Assembly (NCBI RefSeq): GCF_014652095.1
Contig: NZ_BMYD01000001.1
Location: 268,633-300,632 of the forward strand
Length of the DNA: 32,000 bases
Direction: 5' to 3'
Source of the DNA: Cognatilysobacter bugurensis
Lineage (GTDB): Bacteria; Pseudomonadota; Gammaproteobacteria; Xanthomonadales; Xanthomonadaceae
Shown one piece after another: positions 1 through 11,322 of this stretch (within the stretch, counting starts at the first letter, position 1; each line of letters starts with the position of its first letter). A program made the position numbers and the translations under genes. The notes under the pieces are model-generated. The model was not told the origin of the DNA and did no database searches. It saw only the letters and a list, made by a program, of their open reading frames with translations.

Positions 1-376
1 CTGAGTTGGCGGAGGCGGCAGCGGCCGGCGCAGTCGTCCGACGGGGCCCGAGCAATTCGACCGAGACCACGCCGTCGTCGATCGTTTCCTCCCGAGGCGG
101 CGGCCGGTCGACCGGCCGCAACTGCCACGCAGTGCCGATTGCGATCGCGAATGCCGCCGCGGTGCCGACCGCGGTGATGGCGCCGCCGGACCACCGGGCG
201 GCACGTCGCGCCTCCCGCTTGGCATGGCCCGCCGCCGGTCCTGCCGCCGCGCGCGCCGCGGCAAGAATGCGCGCGTCGACCGCGGCTGACGGGCCCGCGG
301 CACCGGCCACACGCTCCAAGCGGGCGGCCAAATCGCGCTCGTCGGGGCTCAGCGGGTCGCGGTCTGAAGCACTCAT
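1..376 (-). CDS. putative anti-sigma factor / single-pass membrane protein (3' end outside window)
   Basis: Not in the ORF track because it is open at the window edge. Hand translation from the ATG (complement of 374-376) gives MSASDRDPLSPDERDLAARLERVAGAAG...RWSGGAITAVGTAAAFAIAIGTAWQLRPV, with one hydrophobic helix. It lies downstream of the ECF sigma gene on the same strand. The 153-nt gap and weak RBS lower confidence. Confidence 0.4.
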   Translation of the reverse strand, partial: MSASDRDPLSPDERDLAARLERVAGAAGPSAAVDARILAAARAAAGPAAGHAKREARRAARWSGGAITAVGTAAAFAIAIGTAWQLRPVDRPPPREETIDDGVVSVELLGPRRTTAPAAAASANS

Positions 377-529
377 TTGGGACGGTCCGGAAACGTGTGA
401 CAAAGGCGGAGCAGGCGCGGCAACGTGCCACGTGCAGCGTGGAAATCCGGGGAAGCGCCAAACCGTGGAGCCCACACGGCCGCGCGAGCGCTGCGCGCAC
501 TGTCAGCGCCGAACGCGAACATGTGCAGG

Positions 530-1087
530 TCACTCACTGCCGAGCCCCGCACGCAGCTTGTCCATCGCGTACCGCAGCCGCGACTTCACCGTCTCACGTC
601 CAGCGCCCGTCACCTCGGCGATCGCCTCCAGGCTCAGCTCGTGCTCAAGGCGTAGCAGCACGACCGTGCGCTGCTCGTCGGGCAAGGCTTCGATCGCGCG
701 CTGGAGACGCCGCCGCTCTTCGAAGTCGGACAGCGCGTGCTCGGGCGTCGACCCATCGGTGGCCGCGGCAAGCCGCGCCTCGCCGTCGGCGGGCGCCGCG
801 GGGCGGTGCTTCTGCGCGCGCCAGTGGTCGCCCAGGCGGTTGTGCGCGATGCGGAACAGCCAAGTCCGAAACGCCGCGTCCGGCCGCCAGCTCGCGCGCG
901 CGGCGATGACGCGCTGCCAGACGTCCTGGAACAACTCATCGGCAAGCGCGGGATCGCGCACGTGCCGCAGCACGAACCGGTACAGCGGACCGCGATGCCG
1001 GGCATAGAGGCGCTCGAACGCCCCGGCATCGCCCCCGGCCCAGGCGAGCATCAACACGTCGTCGCTGGGATCGGCGCCCGAATTCAT
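530..1087 (-). CDS. ECF-type RNA polymerase sigma-70 family factor (185 aa)
   Basis: This is the inner part of ORF 530..1630(-). ATG is the complement of 1085-1087 (MNSGADPSDDVLMLAWAGGDAGAFERLYARH...). Region 2 reads DELFQDVWQRV and FRTWLFRIAHNRLGDHWR. Region 4 HTH reads LPDEQRTVVLLRLEHELSLEAIAEVTGAGRETVKSRLRYAMDKLR. Confidence 0.9.
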   Translation of the reverse strand: MNSGADPSDDVLMLAWAGGDAGAFERLYARHRGPLYRFVLRHVRDPALADELFQDVWQRVIAARASWRPDAAFRTWLFRIAHNRLGDHWRAQKHRPAAPADGEARLAAATDGSTPEHALSDFEERRRLQRAIEALPDEQRTVVLLRLEHELSLEAIAEVTGAGRETVKSRLRYAMDKLRAGLGSE

Positions 1088-1226
1088 CCGGCGCAGCGTA
1101 CGGTCTTGCGCGGATGAGGCATAGCGGACTGCCCGCGGCCTGCGTGAAGACGATGTCGGCGCCACGATTTGAGACGCCGCGCTATGCTCGCCCGGCCACA
1201 GGGGGTGGCGGGGTGGGAGACGGCAC

Positions 1227-4199
1227 GTGCAGAAGGCGGTCTTTACGACGCGGCCGGCGGGGGACCATGGCGTATGCGCACTGGTGTCGCTCGCAGCGTC
1301 GCTGCGGCACACGCTGCCGCGCAGCGCGGAAGTCGCGGTGTGCTGGCGCAATCCGGACGGTACGTCGGGATGCTCGCTGAGCGACGGGGCGGCCGGGCTG
1401 GCGCCACTCGCCGAGAAGATCCTGTTTTCCGACGACCCACTGCCCCGCGCGGCCCAGCTGCTGATCGATGCGTGGGACGAGCAGGACGGCACGCGCGCGG
1501 TGGTCGTCGCCTCGATGCCGGATCCGATGATTCCCGCCGCAAGCACGGCATGGGCGGGGCTGACGCGCCGCGTGGTGTGGGCGAGCCTCGTGGCAGCGCG
1601 CGCGCAGGCGCACGTCGAGCTGCTCCGCAAATCCGAGCGGCTGCAGCAGGCGCTGTACGAGATCGCCGACCTCGCGGGCGCCGACCTTGAGTTCAGCGTG
1701 ATGCTCGGCCGGGTGCACGCAGTCGTCGCGCGGCTGATGTTCGCTGAGAACTTCTACATCGTCGCCTACGACGACGAGCGTGAGCGGATGCGGTTCCTGT
1801 ACTTCGCCGACCAGCGCGACCCGTACGTGGCCGATCCCGAGCGCGAGATCGGCGCCGAGGATCTTCCGCACAGCCTCACGCTTGCATTGTTGCGACACGG
1901 CGCGCCGCTTCGCGGGTCGATCGACGCGATCCGCCAGCAGACCGGCCTGCTGCTCGAAGACAGCGACCCGCGCGCGGATGCCGCCGCCGCCGCCGGCCCG
2001 GAGAGCCTCGACTGGCTCGGCGTTCCGATCGTGCGCGACGACCATGTGTGCGGTGCGGTCGTCGTGCAGAGCTACGACCGCGCCGACTGCTACAGCGACG
2101 AGGACCGCGCGCTGCTCGCGTTCGTGGCGCAGCACATCCAGACGGCACTCGAGCGGCACTGGGCGCGTGAGGAACTCGAGCGGCGCGTCGACCAGCGCAC
2201 CGAAGCGCTGTGGAAGAGCAATCGCGACCTGCAGGCCGAAATCATCGAGCGCCAGCGCGCCGAGCGCCTGCAGCGAGCGCTGTTCCGGATTGCGGAACTG
2301 TCGATCACCGCCGACACGCTCGAGCGTTTCTACGCGCAGGTGCATGACGTCGTCGGCGAACTTCTGTACGCGCGCAACTTCTACATCGCGCTGCTGTCGG
2401 CCGACGGCACGATGCTCGAGTTCCCGTACTCGATCGACGAGCGCGACATGAAGCGCGTTGCGCGCAAGCGGGCCAGTGGCTTGACCGAGTACGTCATCGC
2501 CACCGGGCGCGCGCTTCTCGTCGACCGCTCGCGCATCCTCGATCTCGAAGCCGACGGCGTGGTGCGCAGCGTCGGTGCGCTCTCGCACTGCTGGCTTGGC
2601 GTGCCGCTGCGTCGCGACGACGCCGTCGTCGGTTGCATCGCCGTGCAGAGCTATTCGCCCGAGACGATCTTCACCGTGCGTGATCAGGAGTTGCTGACGT
2701 TCGTCGCGTACCACATCGGTATCGGCCTGGCACGCAAGCAGACCCAGGACCGGCTCGTGGCGGCGCATGCCGAGCTCGAGCAGCGCGTGGCGGCGCGCAC
2801 CTTCGAACTCGCGCAGTCGAACTCGCGCCTCATCGCGCAGATCGGCGAGCGCGTGAAGGCCGAGAAGCAGCTCACGCACCAGGCGCTTCACGACCCCCTG
2901 ACCCAGCTGCCGAATCGCACGCAGCTGCTGCAGCGGCTCGCGCGCGCGATCGATCGTGCGCGGGAGGGCGAGGGCCACCAGTTCGCCGTGCTGTTCCTCG
3001 ATCTCGATCGCTTCAAGCTCATCAACGACAGTGCGGGCCATGCGGCCGGCGACAAGCTGCTCGTAGAAGTCAGCCGGCGCATCGTCGACACCGTGCGTGC
3101 GGAGGACACCGTCGCACGCCTGGGCGGCGACGAGTTCGCCGTGGTCATCGAAGACATCGAAAGCGGCCAGGTCGCGGAAGACCTGGCCGGGCGCATGCTC
3201 GGCGCGCTGGGCACACCGTGCTGGGTGGCCGGTCGCGAGCTGTTCCCGTCGGCGAGCATCGGCATCGCGTTGTGGCACCCGCGCTACAACGACGGCGCCG
3301 AGATGCTGCGCGACGCGGACGCGGCGATGTATCGCGCGAAGGCCGCCGGTCGCAGCGACTGGGCGGTGTTCGACGAGGCAATGCGCGAGGACGCGATGCG
3401 CATCCTCGACCTCGAGGCCGACCTGCGCCGCGCGATCAACGGCAGCGGGTTCGTGGCGTTCTACCAACCAATCGTGCGCCTGTCCGACGGTCAGGTCATC
3501 GGCCACGAGGCACTGCTGCGCTGGCGACACGAGCGCCGCGGCCTGCTGATGCCGGGCGAGTTCATCGGCCTGGGCGAAGACACCGGGCTCATCGAGGAGG
3601 TCGACTGGCTGGTCTACGAACAGGTGGCGCACCGTTTGGCGCGCACCGAAGATGGCTACATCTCGGTCAACGTCTCACCGCGGCATTTCCGCAGCGAGGA
3701 GTTCGCCGATCGCCTGCTCGACCTGCTCGCCTACGCCGGCGCCGACCCGCGACGGCTGCGCATCGAGATCACGGAAGTCGCGCTGCTCGACGACGCGCCG
3801 CGCGCGCTGCGCATGCTGGAGCAGCTGCGCGATGTCGGCGTGCTCGCGCAGCTCGACGACTTCGGCACAGGCTATTCCGCGCTGTCGTACCTGCACCGTT
3901 TCCCGATCGAGTGCCTGAAGATCGACCGCAGCTTCGTGGCCGGGCTGGTCGGCGAGTCGTGCGCAGAGAGCATCGCCGTCGTGCGTGCGATCCAGGCGCT
4001 CGCGAACGCGCTCGGCATCCACACGGTGGGCGAGGGCATCGAGACGGAGGCGCAGCGCGAGATCCTCGAGGGGCTGGGCTGCAGCCACGGACAGGGATTC
4101 CTGTTCGGGCATTCGAGCGAGCATCCGGGGCCGAGGGTCGATGTGCTCGACGCGCCGCGTCCGGAGCTTGTGCACCCCGTGGCCGCTGTCGCGCAGTAG
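1227..4199 (+). CDS. GAF-GAF-GGDEF-EAL signalling protein (diguanylate cyclase/phosphodiesterase)
   Basis: ORF of 990 aa. There are two GAF-like blocks (MFAENFYIVAYDDERERMRFLYF..., LYARNFYIALLSADGTMLEFPY...). The GGDEF motif is intact (RLGGDEFAV), with an RxxD I-site (RAED) 5 residues upstream. EAL-domain motifs are EALLRW, DDFGTGYSALSYL, EGIETE and QGFLFG. The GTG start at 1227 is uncertain. Confidence 0.9.
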   Translation: MQKAVFTTRPAGDHGVCALVSLAASLRHTLPRSAEVAVCWRNPDGTSGCSLSDGAAGLAPLAEKILFSDDPLPRAAQLLIDAWDEQDGTRAVVVASMPDPMIPAASTAWAGLTRRVVWASLVAARAQAHVELLRKSERLQQALYEIADLAGADLEFSVMLGRVHAVVARLMFAENFYIVAYDDERERMRFLYFADQRDPYVADPEREIGAEDLPHSLTLALLRHGAPLRGSIDAIRQQTGLLLEDSDPRADAAAAAGPESLDWLGVPIVRDDHVCGAVVVQSYDRADCYSDEDRALLAFVAQHIQTALERHWAREELERRVDQRTEALWKSNRDLQAEIIERQRAERLQRALFRIAELSITADTLERFYAQVHDVVGELLYARNFYIALLSADGTMLEFPYSIDERDMKRVARKRASGLTEYVIATGRALLVDRSRILDLEADGVVRSVGALSHCWLGVPLRRDDAVVGCIAVQSYSPETIFTVRDQELLTFVAYHIGIGLARKQTQDRLVAAHAELEQRVAARTFELAQSNSRLIAQIGERVKAEKQLTHQALHDPLTQLPNRTQLLQRLARAIDRAREGEGHQFAVLFLDLDRFKLINDSAGHAAGDKLLVEVSRRIVDTVRAEDTVARLGGDEFAVVIEDIESGQVAEDLAGRMLGALGTPCWVAGRELFPSASIGIALWHPRYNDGAEMLRDADAAMYRAKAAGRSDWAVFDEAMREDAMRILDLEADLRRAINGSGFVAFYQPIVRLSDGQVIGHEALLRWRHERRGLLMPGEFIGLGEDTGLIEEVDWLVYEQVAHRLARTEDGYISVNVSPRHFRSEEFADRLLDLLAYAGADPRRLRIEITEVALLDDAPRALRMLEQLRDVGVLAQLDDFGTGYSALSYLHRFPIECLKIDRSFVAGLVGESCAESIAVVRAIQALANALGIHTVGEGIETEAQREILEGLGCSHGQGFLFGHSSEHPGPRVDVLDAPRPELVHPVAAVAQ

Positions 4200-4211
4200 C
4201 GCACCGGCCGC

Positions 4212-5642
4212 TCAGGGGTCGCGGATCACGAGCAGCCGCGATTCGGTCATGTCCTCGATCGCGTAGCGCACGCCTTCGCGGCCGAGGCCCGACGCTTTGA
4301 CTCCGCCGTAGGGCATCGTGTCGACGCGGAAGCTCGGCACGTCGCCGACGATCACGCCGCCCACCACGAGCCGGTCCCACGCGCGCATCGCGTGCTCGAG
4401 CCGGCCGGTGAACACGCCGGCCTGCAGGCCGAACGCGCTGTCGTTGACCGCATTGAGCGCGGCGTCGAACTCGTTGAACGGTTCGAGCACCGCGACCGGT
4501 CCGAACGCCTCGCACCGCTGCAGCTTTGCTTCATGGGGCACGTTCTCGAGCAGGGCGGGCGGCAGCAGGTGGCGGTCGCGCGGGCCGCCGACGAGACGCG
4601 TCGCGCCGCCCGCGCAGGCCTCGTCGATCCACGATTCCACGCGCTGGGCTGCGGCCTCGTCGATCATCGGGCCGACGAAGGTCGCCTCGTCGCGCGGATC
4701 GCCCATGCACAGGGTCGACACCGCTTCGACGAGGCGCGGACGCAGCTCGTCGATCAGGCTGCGATGCACGAGGATGCGCTGCACGCTGATGCAGCTCTGG
4801 CCGCTCTGGTAGTACGCGCCGAGCACGAGCCGCTCGACGACGCGATCCAGCGGCACGCCGGGGTCCGCATCCACGATGCAGGCGGCATTGCCGCCCAGTT
4901 CGAGCACGACCTTCTTGCGGCCGGCGCGCGCCTTGAGGTCCCAACCGACGGGGCCACCGGTGAAGCTCAGCAGTGCGATCCGGTCATCCTCGACGATTGC
5001 GGACGCTTCATCGGGCGTGCAGGGCAGCACGGAGAACGCGCCGGTCGGCAGGTCCGTTTCGGCGAGCACCTCGGCGATCAGCAGCGCGCCCAGCGGCGTC
5101 TTCTCGGCCGGCTTCAGCACGAACGGGCAGCCGGCGGCGATCGCCGGGGCGACCTTGTGCGCGACCAGGTTGAGCGGGAAGTTGAACGGCGTGATCAGGC
5201 CGCACACGCCCACCGGCACGCGCTTGGTCATGCCGCGATAGCCGCGCGTGCGCGGGGAAATCTGGAGTTCGAGCACCTCGCCGCCGATGCGCGTGGCTTC
5301 CGCGGCGGCCTCGCGGAAGGTGTCGATCAGGCGCGTGACTTCGCCGCGCGCGTCGCGGATCGGCTTGCCGGCTTCCGCGCACAGCAGCTGCGCGAGTTCT
5401 TCCTCCCGCTCGCGGAACCGGCCGACGCAATGCTCAAGGACGTCGCGCCGCGCGTCGGGCGGCAGCGCCTGCATTGGCCCCCGTGCGGCGTGCGCGGCGG
5501 CAATCGCCTGGTCGACTGCGGCGGCATCGGCGAGCGCCACGCGCGCGATCGGCTCGCGCGTGTATTTGTCGTGCACGGTGAGGTCGCCGTTCGGGGCGAC
5601 GGGTCGGTTCGCGAGCCAGTACGGGCGGGGATCAGCGGTCAC
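4212..5642 (-). CDS. NAD(P)-dependent aldehyde dehydrogenase family protein
   Basis: ORF of 476 aa with ALDH motifs: FNFPLNLVAHKVAPAIAAGCPFVLKPAEKTP, ELGGNAA and a catalytic Cys context (GQSCISVQR). GTG start with AGGAG 8 nt upstream. Confidence 0.85.
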   Translation of the reverse strand: MTADPRPYWLANRPVAPNGDLTVHDKYTREPIARVALADAAAVDQAIAAAHAARGPMQALPPDARRDVLEHCVGRFREREEELAQLLCAEAGKPIRDARGEVTRLIDTFREAAAEATRIGGEVLELQISPRTRGYRGMTKRVPVGVCGLITPFNFPLNLVAHKVAPAIAAGCPFVLKPAEKTPLGALLIAEVLAETDLPTGAFSVLPCTPDEASAIVEDDRIALLSFTGGPVGWDLKARAGRKKVVLELGGNAACIVDADPGVPLDRVVERLVLGAYYQSGQSCISVQRILVHRSLIDELRPRLVEAVSTLCMGDPRDEATFVGPMIDEAAAQRVESWIDEACAGGATRLVGGPRDRHLLPPALLENVPHEAKLQRCEAFGPVAVLEPFNEFDAALNAVNDSAFGLQAGVFTGRLEHAMRAWDRLVVGGVIVGDVPSFRVDTMPYGGVKASGLGREGVRYAIEDMTESRLLVIRDP

Positions 5643-5782
5643 GGTGCGGACTCCTGTTGGGCGTGCGGCATGCGGATGACGTGTGTGGCGAACGTCGACG
5701 CTGCGCGCTGCGGCAATGCATCGAGCATCTGGCGGGTTGAGCTGCGCAAGCGCGCCGCCGGCGCCAGCTGGTGGCCGCCCTG

Positions 5783-7150
5783 CTACGGCGTCGAGTCGTC
5801 CGCGGGCGGGCTGCGCGTCTCGATGACGCGCACGTGCAGGCCGCCGTCGGACAGGTGCACATCAAGCGCTGCGCCCGGCTGCGTGTCCGACGCGCTGCGC
5901 ACGACTCCGCCGTCGGCGTCGCGCACGATCGCGTAGCCGCGGGCGAGTGTCGCGATCGGGCTCACCGCGGCGAGCGAGCGCACGAGTCCGCGCAGGCGCA
6001 TCGCATCGTTCGACAGCCGCCGCGCCATCGCGCTTTGCGGCCGGTGGCCGATTGCCGCAAGCCGCTCGCGCAGCCGCGCGAGCCGGCGCTGCGGGTGGTG
6101 GGCGCGCAGCACTGCGTCGGCGTGGCGCACGCGGGCGCGCTCGCGGTCGAGCCGGCGATGCCACGCGGATTCCAGACGCCGCAGCGCTTCGGCCTGGCGG
6201 CGGCGGAGCAATTCGACGCGGGCCTGGGGCCGCAGCGCATTGAGCCGCAGCGACGCGCGGTCCGTGCGCTGCATGGCCTGGCGCAGCCGCTGCAGCTGCG
6301 TTGCGCGCAGACGTGACGCGAGCGCACGCAGCTGGCGGGCGAGGTCGTCCGTGCTCGGCACCACGAGCTCGGCCGCGACGGACGGCGTCGGCGCACGCAG
6401 GTCGGCCGCGAACTCGGCGAGGCTGAAGTCGGTCTCGTGGCCCACGGCGCAGACCACCGGCGTGCCGGAAGCGGCGACCGCGCGCGTGAGGTGCTCGTCA
6501 TTGAACGACCACAGGTCCTCGAGCGATCCGCCGCCGCGCGTGAGCAGGAGCACGTCATAGCGGCCCGATGCGTCCGCGCTCTGCAGCATCGAGGTGATCT
6601 GCGCGGCCGCCGCGGCGCCCTGCACCGGTACCGGCAGTACGTCGACCTCGACGAGCGGAAAACGCCGCGCGAACACGCTCAGCACGTCGCGTATCGCGGC
6701 GCCGGTTGGCGAGGTAATCACCCCGATGCGGCGCGCGTACGCGGGCAGAGGCCGCTTGCGTGCGTCGTCGAACACGCCCTCCGCGGCGAGCCGCGCCTTG
6801 AGCTCGTCGAACGCGCGTCGCAGTGCGCCTTCGCCGGCCTCTTCCATGTGGTCGAGCACGAGCTGGTATTCGCCGCGCGCCTCGTAGAGCGTGGCGCGGC
6901 CGCGCGCGAGCACGCGCAGGCCCTCACGCGGCTGGAAGCGCAGCCACGTGCTCTTGGGCTTGAACATCGCGCAGCGCACCTGCGCGCGCGCGTCCTTGAG
7001 GTTGAAGTACAGGTGCCCGGACGACGGTCGGGCCACGTTGCCGAGCTCGCCTTCGACCCAGATCGACGGGAACGCGCCTTCGAGCATGTCGCGGGCCAGC
7101 GTGTTGAGCTGGCTCGGCGTGAACACGTTCTGCGGAGTGCTCGGTTCCAT
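5783..7150 (-). CDS. xseA: exodeoxyribonuclease VII large subunit
   Basis: ORF of 455 aa. The N-terminal OB-fold signature reads [54 protein letters not shown]. The central catalytic region reads [20 protein letters not shown]...[23 protein letters not shown]. The C-terminus is a coiled helical tail. Confidence 0.93.
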   Translation of the reverse strand: MEPSTPQNVFTPSQLNTLARDMLEGAFPSIWVEGELGNVARPSSGHLYFNLKDARAQVRCAMFKPKSTWLRFQPREGLRVLARGRATLYEARGEYQLVLDHMEEAGEGALRRAFDELKARLAAEGVFDDARKRPLPAYARRIGVITSPTGAAIRDVLSVFARRFPLVEVDVLPVPVQGAAAAAQITSMLQSADASGRYDVLLLTRGGGSLEDLWSFNDEHLTRAVAASGTPVVCAVGHETDFSLAEFAADLRAPTPSVAAELVVPSTDDLARQLRALASRLRATQLQRLRQAMQRTDRASLRLNALRPQARVELLRRRQAEALRRLESAWHRRLDRERARVRHADAVLRAHHPQRRLARLRERLAAIGHRPQSAMARRLSNDAMRLRGLVRSLAAVSPIATLARGYAIVRDADGGVVRSASDTQPGAALDVHLSDGGLHVRVIETRSPPADDSTP

Positions 7151-7268
7151 CGGAGGAGGCGGCTCGGAAGGGCGGCTACCTTAACGCAGCGGCCGTCGAC
7201 GACCCGGCATGCCCCGGGCGGGTCGCCCGTTTGGCAGCCGCGCAGCAGGGCTGGCTTACAATCGGCGG

Positions 7269-8517
<1,249 letters not shown>

Positions 8518-8540
<23 letters not shown>

Positions 8541-9249
8541 GCACGCCATCCGCGCCGCCGGGGTCGCCCTCTGGCACAGCGCGCACTTCGCCTACGGCTT
8601 CCTGCGCCGCCGCGGCTGGCGGCTGGTGCTGCTGTTCGTCGGCCTGCTGCTGCCGATGTGGGGCTTCAGCGAGCTGGCCGACGAGATCCACGACCAGGAA
8701 GCGATCGACTTCGACGAGCCGATCCTGCGTTACGCACGTGCGATGGCGTCCGATGCGCTCGATCCCGCAATCTTGCTGATCACGCGGCTGGGCTTTGCGC
8801 ACGGCGTGATTCCGTTCGATATCGCGCTGATCCTGGCGCTCGCCCTGCGTCGCTGGTACCGCGAGGCGACGTTCGCGACGATCGCGTTGGCCGGCTCCGG
8901 CCTGCTCAACACCGCGGCCAAGTACTCGTTCGCGCGCGAGCGGCCGACCTTATGGGAGTCGATCGCGCCCGAGGTGACCTACAGCTTCCCGAGCGGCCAC
9001 GCGATGGGATCGGCCACGCTGGCCTGTGTGCTGGTGCTGCTCGCCTGGCGCACGCGCTGGCGGTGGCCGGTGCTCTTGGCGACGCTCGCGTTCACCGTCG
9101 CCGTCGGCTTCTCACGCGTGTACCTCGGTGTGCATTACCCCTCCGACATCCTCGCGGGCTGGGCCGCGGCGAGCGCGTGGACGGCGGCGGTGTTTCTCGT
9201 CGCGTTCCGGGGGCGCCGCCGGCCCTGGCAGCACCACGGCGCCGCCTGA
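8518..9249 (+). CDS. PAP2-superfamily phosphatase (membrane protein)
   Basis: ORF of 243 aa with several TM helices. PAP2 motifs are [16 protein letters not shown] and [16 protein letters not shown]. The putative GTG start overlaps the ispG end by 23 nt, so the start is uncertain. Confidence 0.85.
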
Positions 9250-9252
9250 GGC

Positions 9253-10158
9253 CTACTCGCCGGGCTTCGCGGCGGCGCTTGGGGCCGCGGTCGCGGCTCG
9301 CCGTGCCAGCTGCGCTTCGCGGTGCGCGATGTACGCATTCGCGCCGAAGATGATGGCCGCGCCCGCGACGGTCCATCGGTCGACCGCCTCGTCGAACAGC
9401 AGGTAGCCGAGCACGGCGACGATCGGCAGCTGCATGAAGCTGATCGGCGTGAGCGCCGAGACGTCGCCGAGCTTGAGCGCTCGGGTCCAGAGCATGTGGC
9501 CGAGCGTGCCCAGCGTGCCCGCGGCCGCGACCCACAGCCACGTGATGCCCTGCGGCCATTCCCACACGAACAGCGCCGGGCCAAGTGACATCGGCACCCA
9601 CAGCATCGTCGTCCACAGCACGATGCGGTCGGCCGGCTCGGTGGCGGACAGCTGCTTGATCTGGATCGACACGAGCCCGCTGAGCACCGCGGCGGTCAGC
9701 GCGACGAGCGTGCCCGCCGTGAAGCTGTCGGTGCCGGGGCGGACGATCACCATCACGCCGATAAACCCGACGACGACCGCCGCCCAGCGCCGCGCCCGCA
9801 CCTGCTCGTGCAGGATCCACACCGCCGCAATCGTGACGAACAGCGGGGTCGAGTACGACAACGAGACGGCCTGCGCGAGCGGCAGATTCCCGATGGCCCA
9901 GAACCCGCAGAACATCGACACGATGCCGACGAGGCAGCGCACGAAATACTTCGACAGTCGGTCGGTTTTCAGCAGCCCCGGGCCGTGGTGGACCAACAAC
10001 GGCAGCGCGGCGATCACGCCGAAGAAGTTGCGGAAGAACGCGATCTCGAACGTGTGCAGCGTTTCCGCCGCCAGCTTGATCGCGACCGCCATGAGCGCGA
10101 AGAACGCGGTGCTGCACAGCATGAGCCACACGGCGCGACCGTGCGTCGTCAGCGGCAT
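9253..10158 (-). CDS. DMT-superfamily (EamA-like) transporter
   Basis: ORF of 301 aa with about 10 hydrophobic helices and an EamA-like N-terminus (AVWLMLCSTAFFALMAVAIKLAAETLHTFEIAFFRNFFG). ATG is the complement of 10156-10158. Confidence 0.8.
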   Translation of the reverse strand: MPLTTHGRAVWLMLCSTAFFALMAVAIKLAAETLHTFEIAFFRNFFGVIAALPLLVHHGPGLLKTDRLSKYFVRCLVGIVSMFCGFWAIGNLPLAQAVSLSYSTPLFVTIAAVWILHEQVRARRWAAVVVGFIGVMVIVRPGTDSFTAGTLVALTAAVLSGLVSIQIKQLSATEPADRIVLWTTMLWVPMSLGPALFVWEWPQGITWLWVAAAGTLGTLGHMLWTRALKLGDVSALTPISFMQLPIVAVLGYLLFDEAVDRWTVAGAAIIFGANAYIAHREAQLARRAATAAPSAAAKPGE

Positions 10159-10281
10159 CGGGGCGTCTCCAGCGGGCGCGTCGGGGCGTGCAGGATAGGC
10201 GCAGTCGCGTGCAGGACGTTTTGCCGCTGTGGGCAGGCGACGCGGGCCGGGCGCGGGACCGCGTGGCCGGTCACGCCTGAA

Positions 10282-11322
10282 TCACCATGCGGCCCCGATG
10301 ACGCGCGGCTCGGGCTCCAGCCTCACGCCGAAGCGGGCGTGCACGCTGTCGGCAATGCGACGGGCGAGGTCGAGCAAGTCGCGCCCGCTCGCGCTGCCGT
10401 AGTTGACGAGCACCAGCGCATGCGAAGGCGCGACGCCGGCATCGCCGTCGCGTTGGCCTTTCCAGCCGGCGCGGTCGATGAGCCAAGCCGCGGAGAGCTT
10501 GCGCAGCTCGGGCGACCCGGCGCGGAACACCGGCAGCGTCGGGTGCTCGGCGAGCAGCGCCTCAGCCTGCTCGACCGGCACGATCGGATTCTTGAAGAAG
10601 CTGCCCGCATTGCCGAGCACAGCGGGGTCGGGCAGCTTGCTGCGTCGGATGTCGATGACGGCATCCGCGACGTCGCGTGCCGTCGGCGACTCGATGCCGC
10701 GCGTGGCCAGCGCTTCGCGCAGCCCCGCGTAATCGAGCGTCAGCGACGGTGTGCGCAATAGGTCGAACTCGACCGCGGTCACGACGAAGCGGTCCGGCGC
10801 GTGCTTGAACACGCTGTCGCGGTACCCGAATGCGCAGGCATCGCGGTCGAGCCGATGCATCGTGCCCGTTCCAGGCTCGAACGCCTCGACCGCATGGATG
10901 AGTTCGCCGACCTCCACGCCGTACGCGCCGATGTTCTGGATCGGCGCGGCGCCGGTCGTGCCCGGAATCAGCGCAAGGTTCTCCAGCCCGGCGAAGCCAC
11001 GGCCCAGCGTGTCCATCACGAGAGCGTGCCACTCCACGCCCGCGTCGGCGCGCACGATCGCGCGCTCGCCGTCGTCGCTGACGATCGAGACGCCGCGGCC
11101 GGTCAACGCGAGCACCGGACCCGGCGCGTCGCCTGCGAACAGCAGATTGCTCCCGCCGCCGAGCACGAGCGGCCGCGCGCCTTGTAACTGAGGAAGTGCG
11201 AACACCTCGGGCAAGCGCGCCGCATCGGCGACCTCGACAAGCCACGGCGCCCGCGCGGCAACGCCGAACGTGTTGCGCCCGGTGAGGTCGGCGTCGCGCG
11301 TGAGACTTACGGCGTCGGTCAT
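10282..11322 (-). CDS. murB: UDP-N-acetylenolpyruvoylglucosamine reductase
   Basis: Inner ATG (complement of 11320-11322) of ORF 10282..11385. Motifs: [52 protein letters not shown] and [14 protein letters not shown]. The start overlaps the pyrD stop (ATGA). Confidence 0.92.
   Translation of the reverse strand: MTDAVSLTRDADLTGRNTFGVAARAPWLVEVADAARLPEVFALPQLQGARPLVLGGGSNLLFAGDAPGPVLALTGRGVSIVSDDGERAIVRADAGVEWHALVMDTLGRGFAGLENLALIPGTTGAAPIQNIGAYGVEVGELIHAVEAFEPGTGTMHRLDRDACAFGYRDSVFKHAPDRFVVTAVEFDLLRTPSLTLDYAGLREALATRGIESPTARDVADAVIDIRRSKLPDPAVLGNAGSFFKNPIVPVEQAEALLAEHPTLPVFRAGSPELRKLSAAWLIDRAGWKGQRDGDAGVAPSHALVLVNYGSASGRDLLDLARRIADSVHARFGVRLEPEPRVIGAAW

Noticed and set aside
1182-3632. 816-aa ORF on the minus strand, plus similar long antisense ORFs (26097..30308 at 1403 aa, 19898..21907, 14456..15946, 15980..17509, 16774..18090, 4392..5936, 11322..12572, 13342..14430, 9092..10129)
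   Set aside because: Each lies antisense to, or out of frame with, a gene carrying clear family motifs. Their translations are Arg/Ala/Gly/Pro-rich low-complexity strings with no recognisable domains. These are typical shadow ORFs of high-GC, GC3-biased DNA.
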